A stretch of DNA of 64,000 bases from assembly GCA_046293935.1 (NCBI GenBank), contig JBKBJF010000001.1:58279-122278 (forward strand), in the 5' to 3' direction. Below are positions 48,880 to 57,559 of this stretch, in pieces. The first letter of the stretch is position 1; each line of letters starts with the position of its first letter. Under the pieces are notes generated by a model. The model had not been told where the DNA came from, searched no databases, and was given only the letters and a program-made list of their open reading frames with translations. The position numbers and the translations under genes were made by a program. The DNA is from Hyphomonas sp. Lineage in GTDB: Bacteria; Pseudomonadota; Alphaproteobacteria; Caulobacterales; Hyphomonadaceae.

Positions 48880-49023
48880 GTGAGTCGGCCTTTCCCCCGG
48901 CCCCGGGGACTAGGGATGCGGCGCCCCGGCGGGTTTGTCCAGAGCGATCAATCAGGAGTGAATGGCCTTTCTGTGGCGGCGGCGGCCGGGCCGCAGATCA
49001 GCCCGGTCCTTCCGGCACCGGCC

Positions 49024-49422
49024 TTACGGGGCCCGGGGCACACAGACCTTCGGATCGCTCGTCATGATCTGGCAGGTCTGCAGCGACTGGCCGGCGGCCT
49101 GAAGGTAAGTGTCCGCGCCCTCCTCATAGGAGGTGCCTTTGCACGAAGTGGTCAATATCCGGTAATAATTCAGTTCCAGATACATCGCGACCTGCAGGCT
49201 CTTCATCATGTCCATCGGTGACACCTGCCCGCGAACCGGTCTTTCTACCGCGGCTGAAATTCACCTGAGGCACAGGTCCATGCCCAGAAATGTCGGCACC
49301 TTTTCCGTCGTCAGCTGAACCTGTGCCGCGGCCATACCCGCCCCGAACGCTGCCCATGCGAAAAGCCCGGCGATCGCTCCCGGAAGGAGCTGCAGCGCCC
49401 GGCGAAACCAGAACACTTTCAT
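49024..49422 (-). pseudogene. Broken paralog of 47875-48879 with an in-frame TGA at 49261-49263
   Basis: N-terminus MKVFWFRRAL...FLGMDLCLR* matches MTVFWFRQAL...ILGIDLPLR of the downstream gene. The same frame continues to the stop at 49024. Confidence 0.6.
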
Positions 49423-49519
49423 TGAGATCGGCCTCTTCCCCCTGCCTTGGGGCAAGAATTGATCTGCTCCGGAGATTCTGTCCAGAGGCTTGATTCAGGG
49501 GCAAATTAAGGGAGGCCGG

Positions 49520-50362
49520 CTATTCGGCAGCGACCGGCGTAAACTCGCTGCGCCAGTCTTCCATCAGCGCGCGGTTGTCATGATCCCAGGGATGGAAACC
49601 CGGCTTGAACCAGGTGATCCAGATCTTCCAGCCGCGCCCGAAGAAGTTCGGCTCCTTCCACAGGAAGTGTTTAACAGCCTTTTTCGCCTCCTCCGGCGTG
49701 TAGCCGTCAGCTTCCAGCATCCAGGCGGAATAGGTCGCGATATTGCGCGGGAAGAAATACGAGATCAGCAGCATCGCCATGCAGCGCCGGAAATAGCGCC
49801 GCCAGGCCGGCAAGTCTTTCGTCGCCTCGAGGAACACATCATAGGCCACCGCCTTGTGCTCGGTCTCTTCCATCGCATGCCAGCGCCAGAGATCGCGCAG
49901 GGCGGGATCCGTTTTCGTGAACATGTCGTCGTGCGCGGCGAACATGTCGGCCAGCATCGCGGTGAAATGTTCGAGGCAGATGGTGGAGATCAGCATCCGC
50001 ATCGGCCCGCGCGCGCGGGAGAAGGCAATCCGTTCACGGATCTGTTCCTCGATGCGTTCGACGGGGTATTTGTTGCGGTCGATCATCCTGTTCAGCAGGT
50101 GATGCTCGCGCGAGTGCAGCGCTTCCTGCGTGATGAAATCCTTCGCGTCCTGCGCCAGCTTGCCGGTGAGGCGGTCCTTGTAGGCGCGCACGGCGTCCAT
50201 GAAGAGGCGCTCGCCATCCGGGAAGGTCATCGAGAGGGTGTTGAGGACAGCTGTGGCCACAGGGTCGCCGTCGAGCCAGTGGCCGTGACTTGCCGGGGAG
50301 ACATCGAAATGCAGATCGCGCGGCAGGAGGGTGACATCTTCGGGGGAGCGTTTGGCGGTCAT
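49520..50362 (-). CDS. Predicted metal-dependent hydrolase (ferritin-like, PF10118-type)
   Basis: FPDGERLF, QEALHSREH, LEHFTA, WHAMEETEHKAVAYDV, PGFHPW. Confidence 0.9.
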   Translation of the reverse strand: MTAKRSPEDVTLLPRDLHFDVSPASHGHWLDGDPVATAVLNTLSMTFPDGERLFMDAVRAYKDRLTGKLAQDAKDFITQEALHSREHHLLNRMIDRNKYPVERIEEQIRERIAFSRARGPMRMLISTICLEHFTAMLADMFAAHDDMFTKTDPALRDLWRWHAMEETEHKAVAYDVFLEATKDLPAWRRYFRRCMAMLLISYFFPRNIATYSAWMLEADGYTPEEAKKAVKHFLWKEPNFFGRGWKIWITWFKPGFHPWDHDNRALMEDWRSEFTPVAAE

Positions 50363-50444
50363 TCCTGCTTTTCCTGCTGACATGGGGGCAATCCGGCCCC
50401 TATTCTCAATGGAATTGAAGCTTTCATAGCAGCTACTGACAAAA

Positions 50445-51044
50445 ATGTCGATAAGCAAAACCACTCCCCCGCCCCGTGTCCGGCGGTCGCAGGAAGCCTC
50501 GCGGGAGAACATCCTTGAGGCGGCCGAGCGGCTGCTGGTGCAACAGGGGCCGCAATCGCTGAGGCTGGCGGATGTGGCGAAGGCGGCCGGCGTGGCGAAT
50601 GCAACGGTGCTGCATCATTTCGGCACCATCAGCGGCGTGCAGGCCGCGCTGATGGAGAAGATGATCGCCGAGCTGGTGGCAGGCCTGCTGGCGATGGACC
50701 TGCCGGCGGACCCGAAATCCGGGCGGCGCGCGGGGATCCAGAACCTGTTTGACGCGTTCGAGGCCAAAGGCGCCGCCCGGCTTGCGGCCTGGCTGGAGCT
50801 GACCGGGGAGTCACGGCGGCTGGCGACGGTACGCGCGGCCGTGCAGACCGTGATCCGGGAACGCATCCGCCCGGAAAACGCGGCTGCGTCCGCGCGGCTG
50901 GAGGATGCGATACTGGTCAGCGTGATCCTCGCCATCGGAACGGGCCTATTCGGCCCGACGCTCAGCGAACTGCTGGGCAAGCCTGAGGCGCGGGCGCGCG
51001 AGGCGGCCTTAAAGCTGCTGGACGCGGGCCTCGAGGGCCTGTGA
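50445..51044 (+). CDS. TetR/AcrR family regulator
   Basis: ILEAAERLL, LADVAKAAGV..HHFG HTH; divergent from the hydrolase gene. Confidence 0.92.
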   Translation: MSISKTTPPPRVRRSQEASRENILEAAERLLVQQGPQSLRLADVAKAAGVANATVLHHFGTISGVQAALMEKMIAELVAGLLAMDLPADPKSGRRAGIQNLFDAFEAKGAARLAAWLELTGESRRLATVRAAVQTVIRERIRPENAAASARLEDAILVSVILAIGTGLFGPTLSELLGKPEARAREAALKLLDAGLEGL

Positions 51045-51167
51045 TTTCAGCGCGATGCCCCCGGTGCGCTCGTGCAGCAGCAGTCGATCGACGGCGATCA
51101 GATCATACCCGTCGCCCGCTTCCGCCACCCGGTGGCTCTGCCAGAGTTTGTCAAACAGCGTTGGCAC
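51009..51167 (-). pseudogene. Truncated 3-isopropylmalate dehydratase large subunit (LeuC-like) N-terminal fragment
   Basis: Hand translation, absent from the ORF track: GAGGT RBS, GTG, MPTLFDKLWQSHRVAEAGDGYDLIAVDRLLLHERTGGIALKS, then it runs into the tetR antisense strand and stops. Confidence 0.75.
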
Positions 51168-51368
51168 TTCTTACCTCGCCACGAAAGATATATTCTTTCT
51201 CATGCGAGCTACCAGTCTGGCAATTGGCTGATATCGGCTCCGCAATAAGTCAGAGCCTTATCTGCGTTTCTTTGCCCTCTTCCCAAAAACTTCAAAGCTA
51301 AGGCCGGGCGTTGCCCGGTGCACCGCGAACCCAGCATTCCTCGGATCAGGCATACAGATTTCAGGTGA

Positions 51369-51444
51369 TGGCTCCGCGAGCAGGACTCGAACCTGCGACC
51401 GGGCGATTAACAGTCGCCTGCTCTACCAACTGAGCTATCGCGGA
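51369..51444 (-). tRNA. tRNA-Asn(GTT)
   Basis: TCCGCGATAGCTCAGTTGGTAGAGC-GGCGA-CTGTTAA-TCGCC-GGTTCGAGTCC-TCGCGGAGCCA; 76 nt with encoded CCA. Confidence 0.97.
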
Positions 51445-51549
51445 ACAGCCGGAGACGGGGGAATAGCCAGAGCAAGCCTGCGGTTCAAGAGGCTAACTGC
51501 GCCCATCCCATAATTTCCAGGCGAGAGCATCCTCAGGCCCTGTGCACAG

Positions 51550-51577
51550 AAAAAAGGCGGGAGCTTGAGCTCCCGCC
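51550..51577 (-). terminator. Intrinsic terminator
   Basis: Minus strand: GGCGGGAGC-TCAA-GCTCCCGCC-TTTTTT. Confidence 0.85.
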
Positions 51578-51622
51578 GAAGGCGTTGGGTGATGGTGGGT
51601 GTCTCCAAGAGAAGACACGCCA
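51550..51622 (-). ncRNA. Candidate small RNA (two hairpins, C/A-rich linker)
   Basis: 5' hairpin GTGTCT-TCTCTTGG-AGACAC, linker, terminator; perfect CtrA box just upstream. Confidence 0.45.
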
Positions 51623-51639
51623 AAGGTCGGCCGATATGG

Positions 51640-51655
51640 TTAATTCCGGGTTAAC
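51640..51655. promoter_or_regulatory. CtrA binding box
   Basis: TTAA-TTCCGGG-TTAAC, a perfect TTAA-N7-TTAAC; two GAATC (GANTC) sites at about 51665-51676. Confidence 0.75.
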
Positions 51656-51744
51656 GGGATGCAAGAATCCGGAATCCGGCTTTTTACCTCTCTGCCGCAG
51701 GCGGCCCCGGAAAAACCAATGTCCTGAAATTTAAAGGGAAGGTC

Positions 51745-51818
51745 TGGAGGCCCCACCCGGAATCGAACCGGGGTGCACGGATTTGCAATCCGCTGCGTCA
51801 CCACTCCGCCATAGGGCC
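51745..51818 (-). tRNA. tRNA-Cys(GCA)
   Basis: GGCCCTATGGCGGAGTGG...GCGGA-TTGCAAA-TCCGT...GGTTCGATTCC..GGGGCCTCCA; 74 nt. Confidence 0.97.
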
Positions 51819-51960
51819 GTTGTCAGAGGCGCGTGACTAGCAAGGCGAAGCGCCTGTGACAATCGCTGCCGGGCACTGTTTTGCGCGCTTCTGGCTGATT
51901 GCGCCGGGTGATGGGCGTGTTACATGGCGCGCATCCCCGGTTGAAACGGAAACGACTCGC

Positions 51961-52614
51961 ATGGACTTCCAGACCGCACGAGAGATCATGGTCGACAGCC
52001 AGATCCGCCCGAACGATGTGACGGACCCGGCGATCGTGTCGGCTTTCCTGCGCACGCCGCGCGAAATGTTCGTGCCGAACGCGCGCAAGGGCGTGGCGTA
52101 TTCAGAGATGGAGATCGAAACCTCGCCGGGCCGCGCATTGTGGACACCGCGTGATACCGCGAAGCTGATCAAACTGGCGGGGATCAAGGCTTCAGACATC
52201 GTGCTGGTGATCGGGGCTGGCGCAGGCTATGAAGCCGCCCTGATCAGCCATCTGGCCGATACGGTGATTGCCCTTGAAGAGTCGGAAGCTCTGGTGGATG
52301 CGATGGCGCAGCGCTTTGCCGCTATCGGGATCGACCGCGCCGCACCAGTGACCGGGTCTCTCGAAAAGGGCCTGCCCGAACAGGCGCCCTTCGACGTGAT
52401 CTATGTTGCCGGCATGATCGAAACCCTTCCGGACGCCTGGGGCAGGCAACTGCGGGACGGCGGACGGCTTGTGGCCGTCGTTGCCGACTCGGGCGGACTG
52501 GGCCGAGGCCGGGTCTATACCAAGGCGGGCGATACCCTGTCGGCACGCGAGGCGTTCGATGCCTGCCCGCCCCGCTTTGCCGCCTTTGACCGGAAACCGA
52601 CTTTTAGTTTCTGA
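51961..52614 (+). CDS. pcm: Protein-L-isoaspartate O-methyltransferase family
   Basis: MVDSQIRPNDV, PREMFVP, VIGAGAGY, APFDVI, QLRDGGRL; pcm-tolC-popZ-valS synteny. Confidence 0.9.
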   Translation: MDFQTAREIMVDSQIRPNDVTDPAIVSAFLRTPREMFVPNARKGVAYSEMEIETSPGRALWTPRDTAKLIKLAGIKASDIVLVIGAGAGYEAALISHLADTVIALEESEALVDAMAQRFAAIGIDRAAPVTGSLEKGLPEQAPFDVIYVAGMIETLPDAWGRQLRDGGRLVAVVADSGGLGRGRVYTKAGDTLSAREAFDACPPRFAAFDRKPTFSF

Positions 52615-52716
52615 CGCCTATTCAGAGGTGCGACGTATGGCGCCTGTCAGGTGAACAGTGTTCACCTTGGCGGGAGGCGTGCATATGTTTCACGCTGCCA
52701 GCCAAGGAAACCCGTG

Positions 52717-53994
52717 ATGTCCTCCCGCAAACTCTCTCTTCTTATCGGCGCGAGCCTTAGCGCCCTCATGGCTGCCCCGGCCGGGGCCGAGACTTTGCAG
52801 GAGGCGATTGCCTCGGCCTTCCAGACCAATCCAGCCCTGCAGATCGAACGCTACAGGACAGATATTGCGAGAGAAAACCTTGACCTGGCCCGGTCGGCCG
52901 GCCGGCCCCAGGTGAACTTGAGCGCCAGTGGCGGCTATGAATATGTCGATACCAACTCGCTCTTGAATTTCGGCACCGGCGACAGGCCGATTGCCAGCGC
53001 GCAGCTTCAGGCCTCACAGCCGATCTATACCGGCGGGCGGATCAGCGCTGGCATCCGGCGCGCCGAGGCCGGCATCGACGCTGCTGACAAATCCTTCGAC
53101 GCCGCGACCCAGGACCTGATTCTCGATGTCGTGACCGCCTATGTGAATGTGCGGCGCGACCGCGAAGCGGTGGCCATCCGCCGGAACAATGTGGATGTCA
53201 CAGGCGAGCAGGTGCGCGCGGCAGAGGACCGTTTCGAAGTGGGCGTAGTCACGCTGACTGATGTAGCGCAGGCCAAAGCCCGCCTGGAAGGTGCCCGCGC
53301 CGCGCTGGCAGGCGCCGAAGCGGCGCTGGTCGGCTCAGAAGCTTTCTACCAGTTCCTGACCGGCCTAATGCCTGGCGTACTGGAAGCACCTCCCCCGGTG
53401 CCCCCCCTGCCCGCAAGCCTGCAGGCCGCGACCGAGGAAGGCCTGGCCAACAACCCGTCGATCGAGGCGGCCCGCCAGCAGCTGCGGGCAGCCGGGGCCG
53501 GGGTAGATGCCGCGAAGGCCGAGGGCCGCCCGCAGGTCAGCCTCGTCGGCACGGCCGGCGTGCAGGAAACCTGGGGTGACAGCAGCCGCCGGGACACCAA
53601 CGTCTCTGCCGTCGCGCAGGGCCGGATTCCGCTGTTCACCGGCGGGGCCGTGAAGGCGCAGGTGAATGCCGCGAAGTTGCAGCGCGAACAGGCCCGGCGT
53701 CAGGTGGATGCGCTGGAAACGCAGGTGCGGGCTCAGATCGCGCAGGCCTGGTTTGGTTATGAGGCTGCGCTGCGCGCCATCGAGGCTTCGAAACGGCAGG
53801 TTGAAGCGGCCGAGATCGCCTATGAAGGGGCCAAGGAAGAACTGGCCGTCGGCGTGCGCACCACACTCGACGTGCTGGACCAGGAACAGCAGCTGTTCGA
53901 GGCGCGGTTGTCCCTGGTGGCAGCCGAGCGTGACGCGTATGTGGCTGCCCACCAGCTGCTGCGGGCCACCGGCAGCCTCGGCACTGGCGGCTGA
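52717..53994 (+). CDS. tolC: TolC family outer-membrane efflux protein
   Basis: Signal peptide, ETLQEAI..NP, RFEVGVVTLTDVAQA, VGVRTTLDVLDQEQ. Confidence 0.92.
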   Translation: MSSRKLSLLIGASLSALMAAPAGAETLQEAIASAFQTNPALQIERYRTDIARENLDLARSAGRPQVNLSASGGYEYVDTNSLLNFGTGDRPIASAQLQASQPIYTGGRISAGIRRAEAGIDAADKSFDAATQDLILDVVTAYVNVRRDREAVAIRRNNVDVTGEQVRAAEDRFEVGVVTLTDVAQAKARLEGARAALAGAEAALVGSEAFYQFLTGLMPGVLEAPPPVPPLPASLQAATEEGLANNPSIEAARQQLRAAGAGVDAAKAEGRPQVSLVGTAGVQETWGDSSRRDTNVSAVAQGRIPLFTGGAVKAQVNAAKLQREQARRQVDALETQVRAQIAQAWFGYEAALRAIEASKRQVEAAEIAYEGAKEELAVGVRTTLDVLDQEQQLFEARLSLVAAERDAYVAAHQLLRATGSLGTGG

Positions 53995-54030
53995 GCATCT
54001 GGCCATCGGCCGCCGCAAGCGTTAACTCTG

Positions 54031-54046
54031 TCAAAGGGTTGTTAAC
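54031..54046. promoter_or_regulatory. CtrA-box-like site upstream of popZ
   Basis: TCAA-AGGGTTG-TTAAC, with an extra GTTAAC half-site at 54021. Confidence 0.55.
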
Positions 54047-54103
54047 CGGATGAGCCTAGGCCTCATCGGTGACAGGGAAGCGATTCCACAGTGAGGGGCT
54101 AAG

Positions 54104-54751
54104 ATGGCCAACGAAGCGCACAAAGAACCGACGATGGAAGAAATCCTTGCGTCGATCCGGAAAATCATTTCGGACGACGAGCCGGTGCCGGCCCGCCCGG
54201 CTACCCCGGCGCTGCGCGAAGTGCCGCCCCCGGCCGTGAATGATTTCGAGGATGTTGAGGACGCCATCGCCGGCGATGTCCTGGATGAAGACCAGTCGAT
54301 GTTCGAGGCCGAGGCAGCCGCCCCTCCGGCACCCCAGCCCGCACCGCCCGCTGCAGAACCGCAGATTACCGGCCCCGCCTTCACTTTCGAGGAAATGCTG
54401 GGATCAGCCCGACAGGCCGCCGCAGAGTCTGTTCCTGTCGAATCGACCCCTGCCCCCCGGGTCAGCCCGGTGGCCCGTCCTGTTACCCCTGTTCCGGAGT
54501 CTCCCATGCCATCTTCCAGCGCCCGTTATGCCCAGACCGCCCTCACCGACGATCATACCGCCGATCTGGCTGCCGGCGCCCTGGGCAAGCTGATCTCTAG
54601 GATGGAAGTTTCCGGCGACAACACGATTGAGGGCCTGGTGCGCGAGATGCTGAAGCCGCTGATCAAGGAATGGCTCGATGCCAACCTCGCCGCCATCGTC
54701 GAGGAGAAGGTAGAGGCCGAAGTTCAGCGCATCGCCCGAATGGCGCGCTAG
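54104..54751 (+). CDS. popZ: Polar organizing protein PopZ (DUF2497)
   Basis: EPTMEEILASIRKIISDD, P/E/D-rich linker, TIEGLVREMLKPLIKEWLDANL. Confidence 0.95.
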   Translation: MANEAHKEPTMEEILASIRKIISDDEPVPARPATPALREVPPPAVNDFEDVEDAIAGDVLDEDQSMFEAEAAAPPAPQPAPPAAEPQITGPAFTFEEMLGSARQAAAESVPVESTPAPRVSPVARPVTPVPESPMPSSSARYAQTALTDDHTADLAAGALGKLISRMEVSGDNTIEGLVREMLKPLIKEWLDANLAAIVEEKVEAEVQRIARMAR

Positions 54752-54780
54752 CCTCATCCCGAAACCTTGCTATAGGGAAC

Positions 54781-54811
54781 GGCGCGCCTTTACCGGCGCG
54801 CCTTTTCTTTT
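54781..54811 (+). terminator. Intrinsic terminator-like hairpin between popZ and valS
   Basis: GGCGCGCC-TTTACC-GGCGCGCC-TTTTCTTTT. Confidence 0.6.
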
Positions 54812-54835
54812 GGCCTGAAGTGATTTCTGCCCGAC

Positions 54836-57559
54836 ATGCTCGACCAGCGTTTTGATCCGACCGAAGCCGAACCGCGCCTCTACAAGGCTTGGGAAGAGGC
54901 AGGCTGTTTCCGTCCCTCCGGCAATACCAGCGCCGCCGCCTATTCCATTGTTATCCCGCCACCGAACGTGACCGGCGTTCTGCATATGGGCCATGCACTG
55001 AACAACACGCTGCAGGATGTGCTGATCCGGTTCGAGCGGATGCGCGGCAAGAATGTGCTTTGGCAGCCCGGCACCGATCATGCCGGCATCGCCACCCAGA
55101 TGGTGGTTGAACGTCAGCTGGCTCAGGAAGGCAACCAGGACCGCCGGTCGATGGGCCGCGAGGCCTTCCTGGAACGCGTCTGGGCGTGGAAGGAACAGTC
55201 CGGCGGCTCGATCAAGGGACAGCTGAAGCGGTTGGGCGCCTCGTGCGACTGGTCGGTCGAGCGTTTCACGATGGACGAGGGCCTGTCGAAGGCCGTCACC
55301 AAGGTGTTCGTTGATCTCTACAACAAAGGCCTGATCTACCGCGACAAGCGCTTGGTGAACTGGGACCCGCATTTCCAGACGGCGATCTCGGACCTTGAAG
55401 TCGAGCAGCGCGAAGTGGCGGGCCATTACTGGCACCTGCGCTATCCGCTGGCGGACGGGGTGACCTATGATCATCCGGTTACGGATGAAGAAGGTAACGT
55501 CACTTTTGAAAAGCGCAACTATATCGTGGTCGCGACCTCGCGGCCCGAAACGATGCTTGGCGATACCGGCGTAGCGGTGCATCCGGAGGATAAACGCTAC
55601 AAGGACCTCGTCGGCAAGTCTGTGCTGTTGCCCATCGTCGGGCGGCGCGTGCCGATTGTGGCGGACGAATATGCGAACCCGGAGAAAGGCTCCGGCGCAG
55701 TGAAGATCACGCCGGCGCACGACTTCAACGACTTTGAAGTCGGCAGGCGCGCGGGGCATACGCCCCTGAACATCCTGAACGCGGTCGCGCAGATCGTGGA
55801 CGGTGTGGAAGCGGAGGCTGCCGGCATCCCTAAAGACCTGCGCGGGCTCGACCGGTTCGTGGCCCGCCAGAAGATTATCGAGACCTTCGAAGCCGCCGGA
55901 CTGCTCGACAGGGTCGAGAATGTGAAGATCGAGCAGCCGTTCGGCGACCGCTCGGGCGTGGTGATCGAGCCGTGGATGACGGATCAGTGGTATGTCGATG
56001 CCGCAACGCTGGCGAAGCCGGCGCGCAAGGCGGTAGAGGACGGCGAGACGCGCTTCATCCCCGAGAACTGGACGAAGACCTATTACAACTGGATGGACAA
56101 TATCCAGCCCTGGTGCGTGAGCCGCCAGCTCTGGTGGGGGCATCGGATTCCGGCTTGGTTCGGAAAAGACGGGAGCATCTATGTCGCGCCGACCGAGGCT
56201 GAAGCGCGCAAGCTCGCACCGAAGGGCGAAGTGCTCCGTCAGGACGAGGACGTCCTCGACACCTGGTTCTCCTCCGCCCTGTGGCCCTTCTCGACTCAGG
56301 GTTGGCCGGAAGAGACCGAAGCGCTGAAGACCTTCTATCCAACTTCGACACTGGTGACGGCATTCGACATCATCTTCTTCTGGGTCGCCCGGATGATGAT
56401 GATGGGCCTTGAGTTCACGGGCAAAGCTCCGTTCAGGGATGTTTACATCCATGCCCTTGTCCTGGACGAGAAGGGGCAGAAGATGTCCAAGTCGAAGGGC
56501 AATGCGATGGACCCGCTGGAGCTGATCGACGAGTTCGGCGCTGATGCGCTGCGCTTTGCGATGAGCCGGATGGCGGGACAGGGCCGCAATATTCGTCTTT
56601 CCAAGCAGGTGGTTGAAGGCAACCGCAACTTCGCGACCAAGCTGTGGAACGCGGCACGCTTTGCCGAGATGAACGAGTGCGGCGCACCGGGAGAGATTGA
56701 TCCTGCTGCGGTTGAGCGCCCCGTGAACCAGTGGATTCTCAGCGAACTGGCGGACTGCATTGAGGCCGTAACGAAAGGCATCGAGGATTACCGTTTCAAT
56801 GATGCGGCAGGCGCTCTCTACCGGTTCGTCTGGAACACGCTGTGCGACTGGTATGTCGAGCTGATCAAGCCACTTCTGAACGGCATAGACGATGCAGCAA
56901 AGACCGAGACACGAACTGTCTGCGGCCATGTGCTGGACGAAACGCTGAAACTGCTGCACCCGTTCATGCCCTTCGTGACCGAGGAGCTGTGGGAGCGCCG
57001 CGCGCCTGGCCGGGCGCATGAGAAGGGCTTCCTTATGCTGCAGCGCTGGCCGCAGGACAGCGGCTATGGGCATGCGGACGCACGGGCTGAGATCGGCTGG
57101 GTGATTGATCTGATTACGGAGGTTCGCTCACTGCGCAACGACCTCGGCGTTCCGGCCGGAGCCAAGGTGCCGCTGGCGTTGGTAAATGCAACGGATGTGG
57201 ATGCCGAGCGCCTTGCGCGTAACGAAGATGTGCTGCGCCGCCTGGCGCGGCTCGACGAGTTGACGCTGGCGACGGAACTGCCGGCTGGGTCTGTGTCCAC
57301 GCTGGCCGGATCGACGGTCGCGGCGCTCAAGATCGCGGACCTGATCGATGTGGGCGAAGCGCGCAAGCGACTCGATAAGGAACTGGCTGCACTCGACAAG
57401 GACATCACCTCGACCGAGAAGAAACTCAGCAATGCGGATTTCGTGGCACGCGCGCCGATCGAGATCGTCGAGGAGAACCGCGAGCGGGTGAAGGAGTGGA
57501 CCCTGCGCCGTGACAAGCTGAAGTCGGCAAGGACTGCACTGGAAGGGATCGGCGCATGA
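54836..57559 (+). CDS. valS: Valine--tRNA ligase
   Basis: PPPNVTGVLHMGH, GTDHAGIATQ, SRQLWWGHRIP, KMSKS, C-terminal coiled coil. Confidence 0.98.
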   Translation: MLDQRFDPTEAEPRLYKAWEEAGCFRPSGNTSAAAYSIVIPPPNVTGVLHMGHALNNTLQDVLIRFERMRGKNVLWQPGTDHAGIATQMVVERQLAQEGNQDRRSMGREAFLERVWAWKEQSGGSIKGQLKRLGASCDWSVERFTMDEGLSKAVTKVFVDLYNKGLIYRDKRLVNWDPHFQTAISDLEVEQREVAGHYWHLRYPLADGVTYDHPVTDEEGNVTFEKRNYIVVATSRPETMLGDTGVAVHPEDKRYKDLVGKSVLLPIVGRRVPIVADEYANPEKGSGAVKITPAHDFNDFEVGRRAGHTPLNILNAVAQIVDGVEAEAAGIPKDLRGLDRFVARQKIIETFEAAGLLDRVENVKIEQPFGDRSGVVIEPWMTDQWYVDAATLAKPARKAVEDGETRFIPENWTKTYYNWMDNIQPWCVSRQLWWGHRIPAWFGKDGSIYVAPTEAEARKLAPKGEVLRQDEDVLDTWFSSALWPFSTQGWPEETEALKTFYPTSTLVTAFDIIFFWVARMMMMGLEFTGKAPFRDVYIHALVLDEKGQKMSKSKGNAMDPLELIDEFGADALRFAMSRMAGQGRNIRLSKQVVEGNRNFATKLWNAARFAEMNECGAPGEIDPAAVERPVNQWILSELADCIEAVTKGIEDYRFNDAAGALYRFVWNTLCDWYVELIKPLLNGIDDAAKTETRTVCGHVLDETLKLLHPFMPFVTEELWERRAPGRAHEKGFLMLQRWPQDSGYGHADARAEIGWVIDLITEVRSLRNDLGVPAGAKVPLALVNATDVDAERLARNEDVLRRLARLDELTLATELPAGSVSTLAGSTVAALKIADLIDVGEARKRLDKELAALDKDITSTEKKLSNADFVARAPIEIVEENRERVKEWTLRRDKLKSARTALEGIGA

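Noticed and set aside
51435-51623. 62-aa ORF between the tRNAs
   Set aside because: It runs through an intrinsic terminator and into tRNA-Asn, with a TTG start and no clear RBS.
47815-51818. Possible intact prophage or integrative element at the tRNAs
   Set aside because: No integrase or phage genes and no duplicated tRNA 3' end seen; only remnants.
54770-57073. 767-aa ORF antisense to valS, and similar long antisense ORFs over wzc, the beta-barrel, hom, rhlE and the ABC exporter
   Set aside because: Stop-poor opposite frames are expected with GC-rich codon bias; no recognisable motifs.
51961-57559. pcm-tolC-popZ-valS cluster as a novel system
   Set aside because: Well-known conserved alphaproteobacterial synteny.
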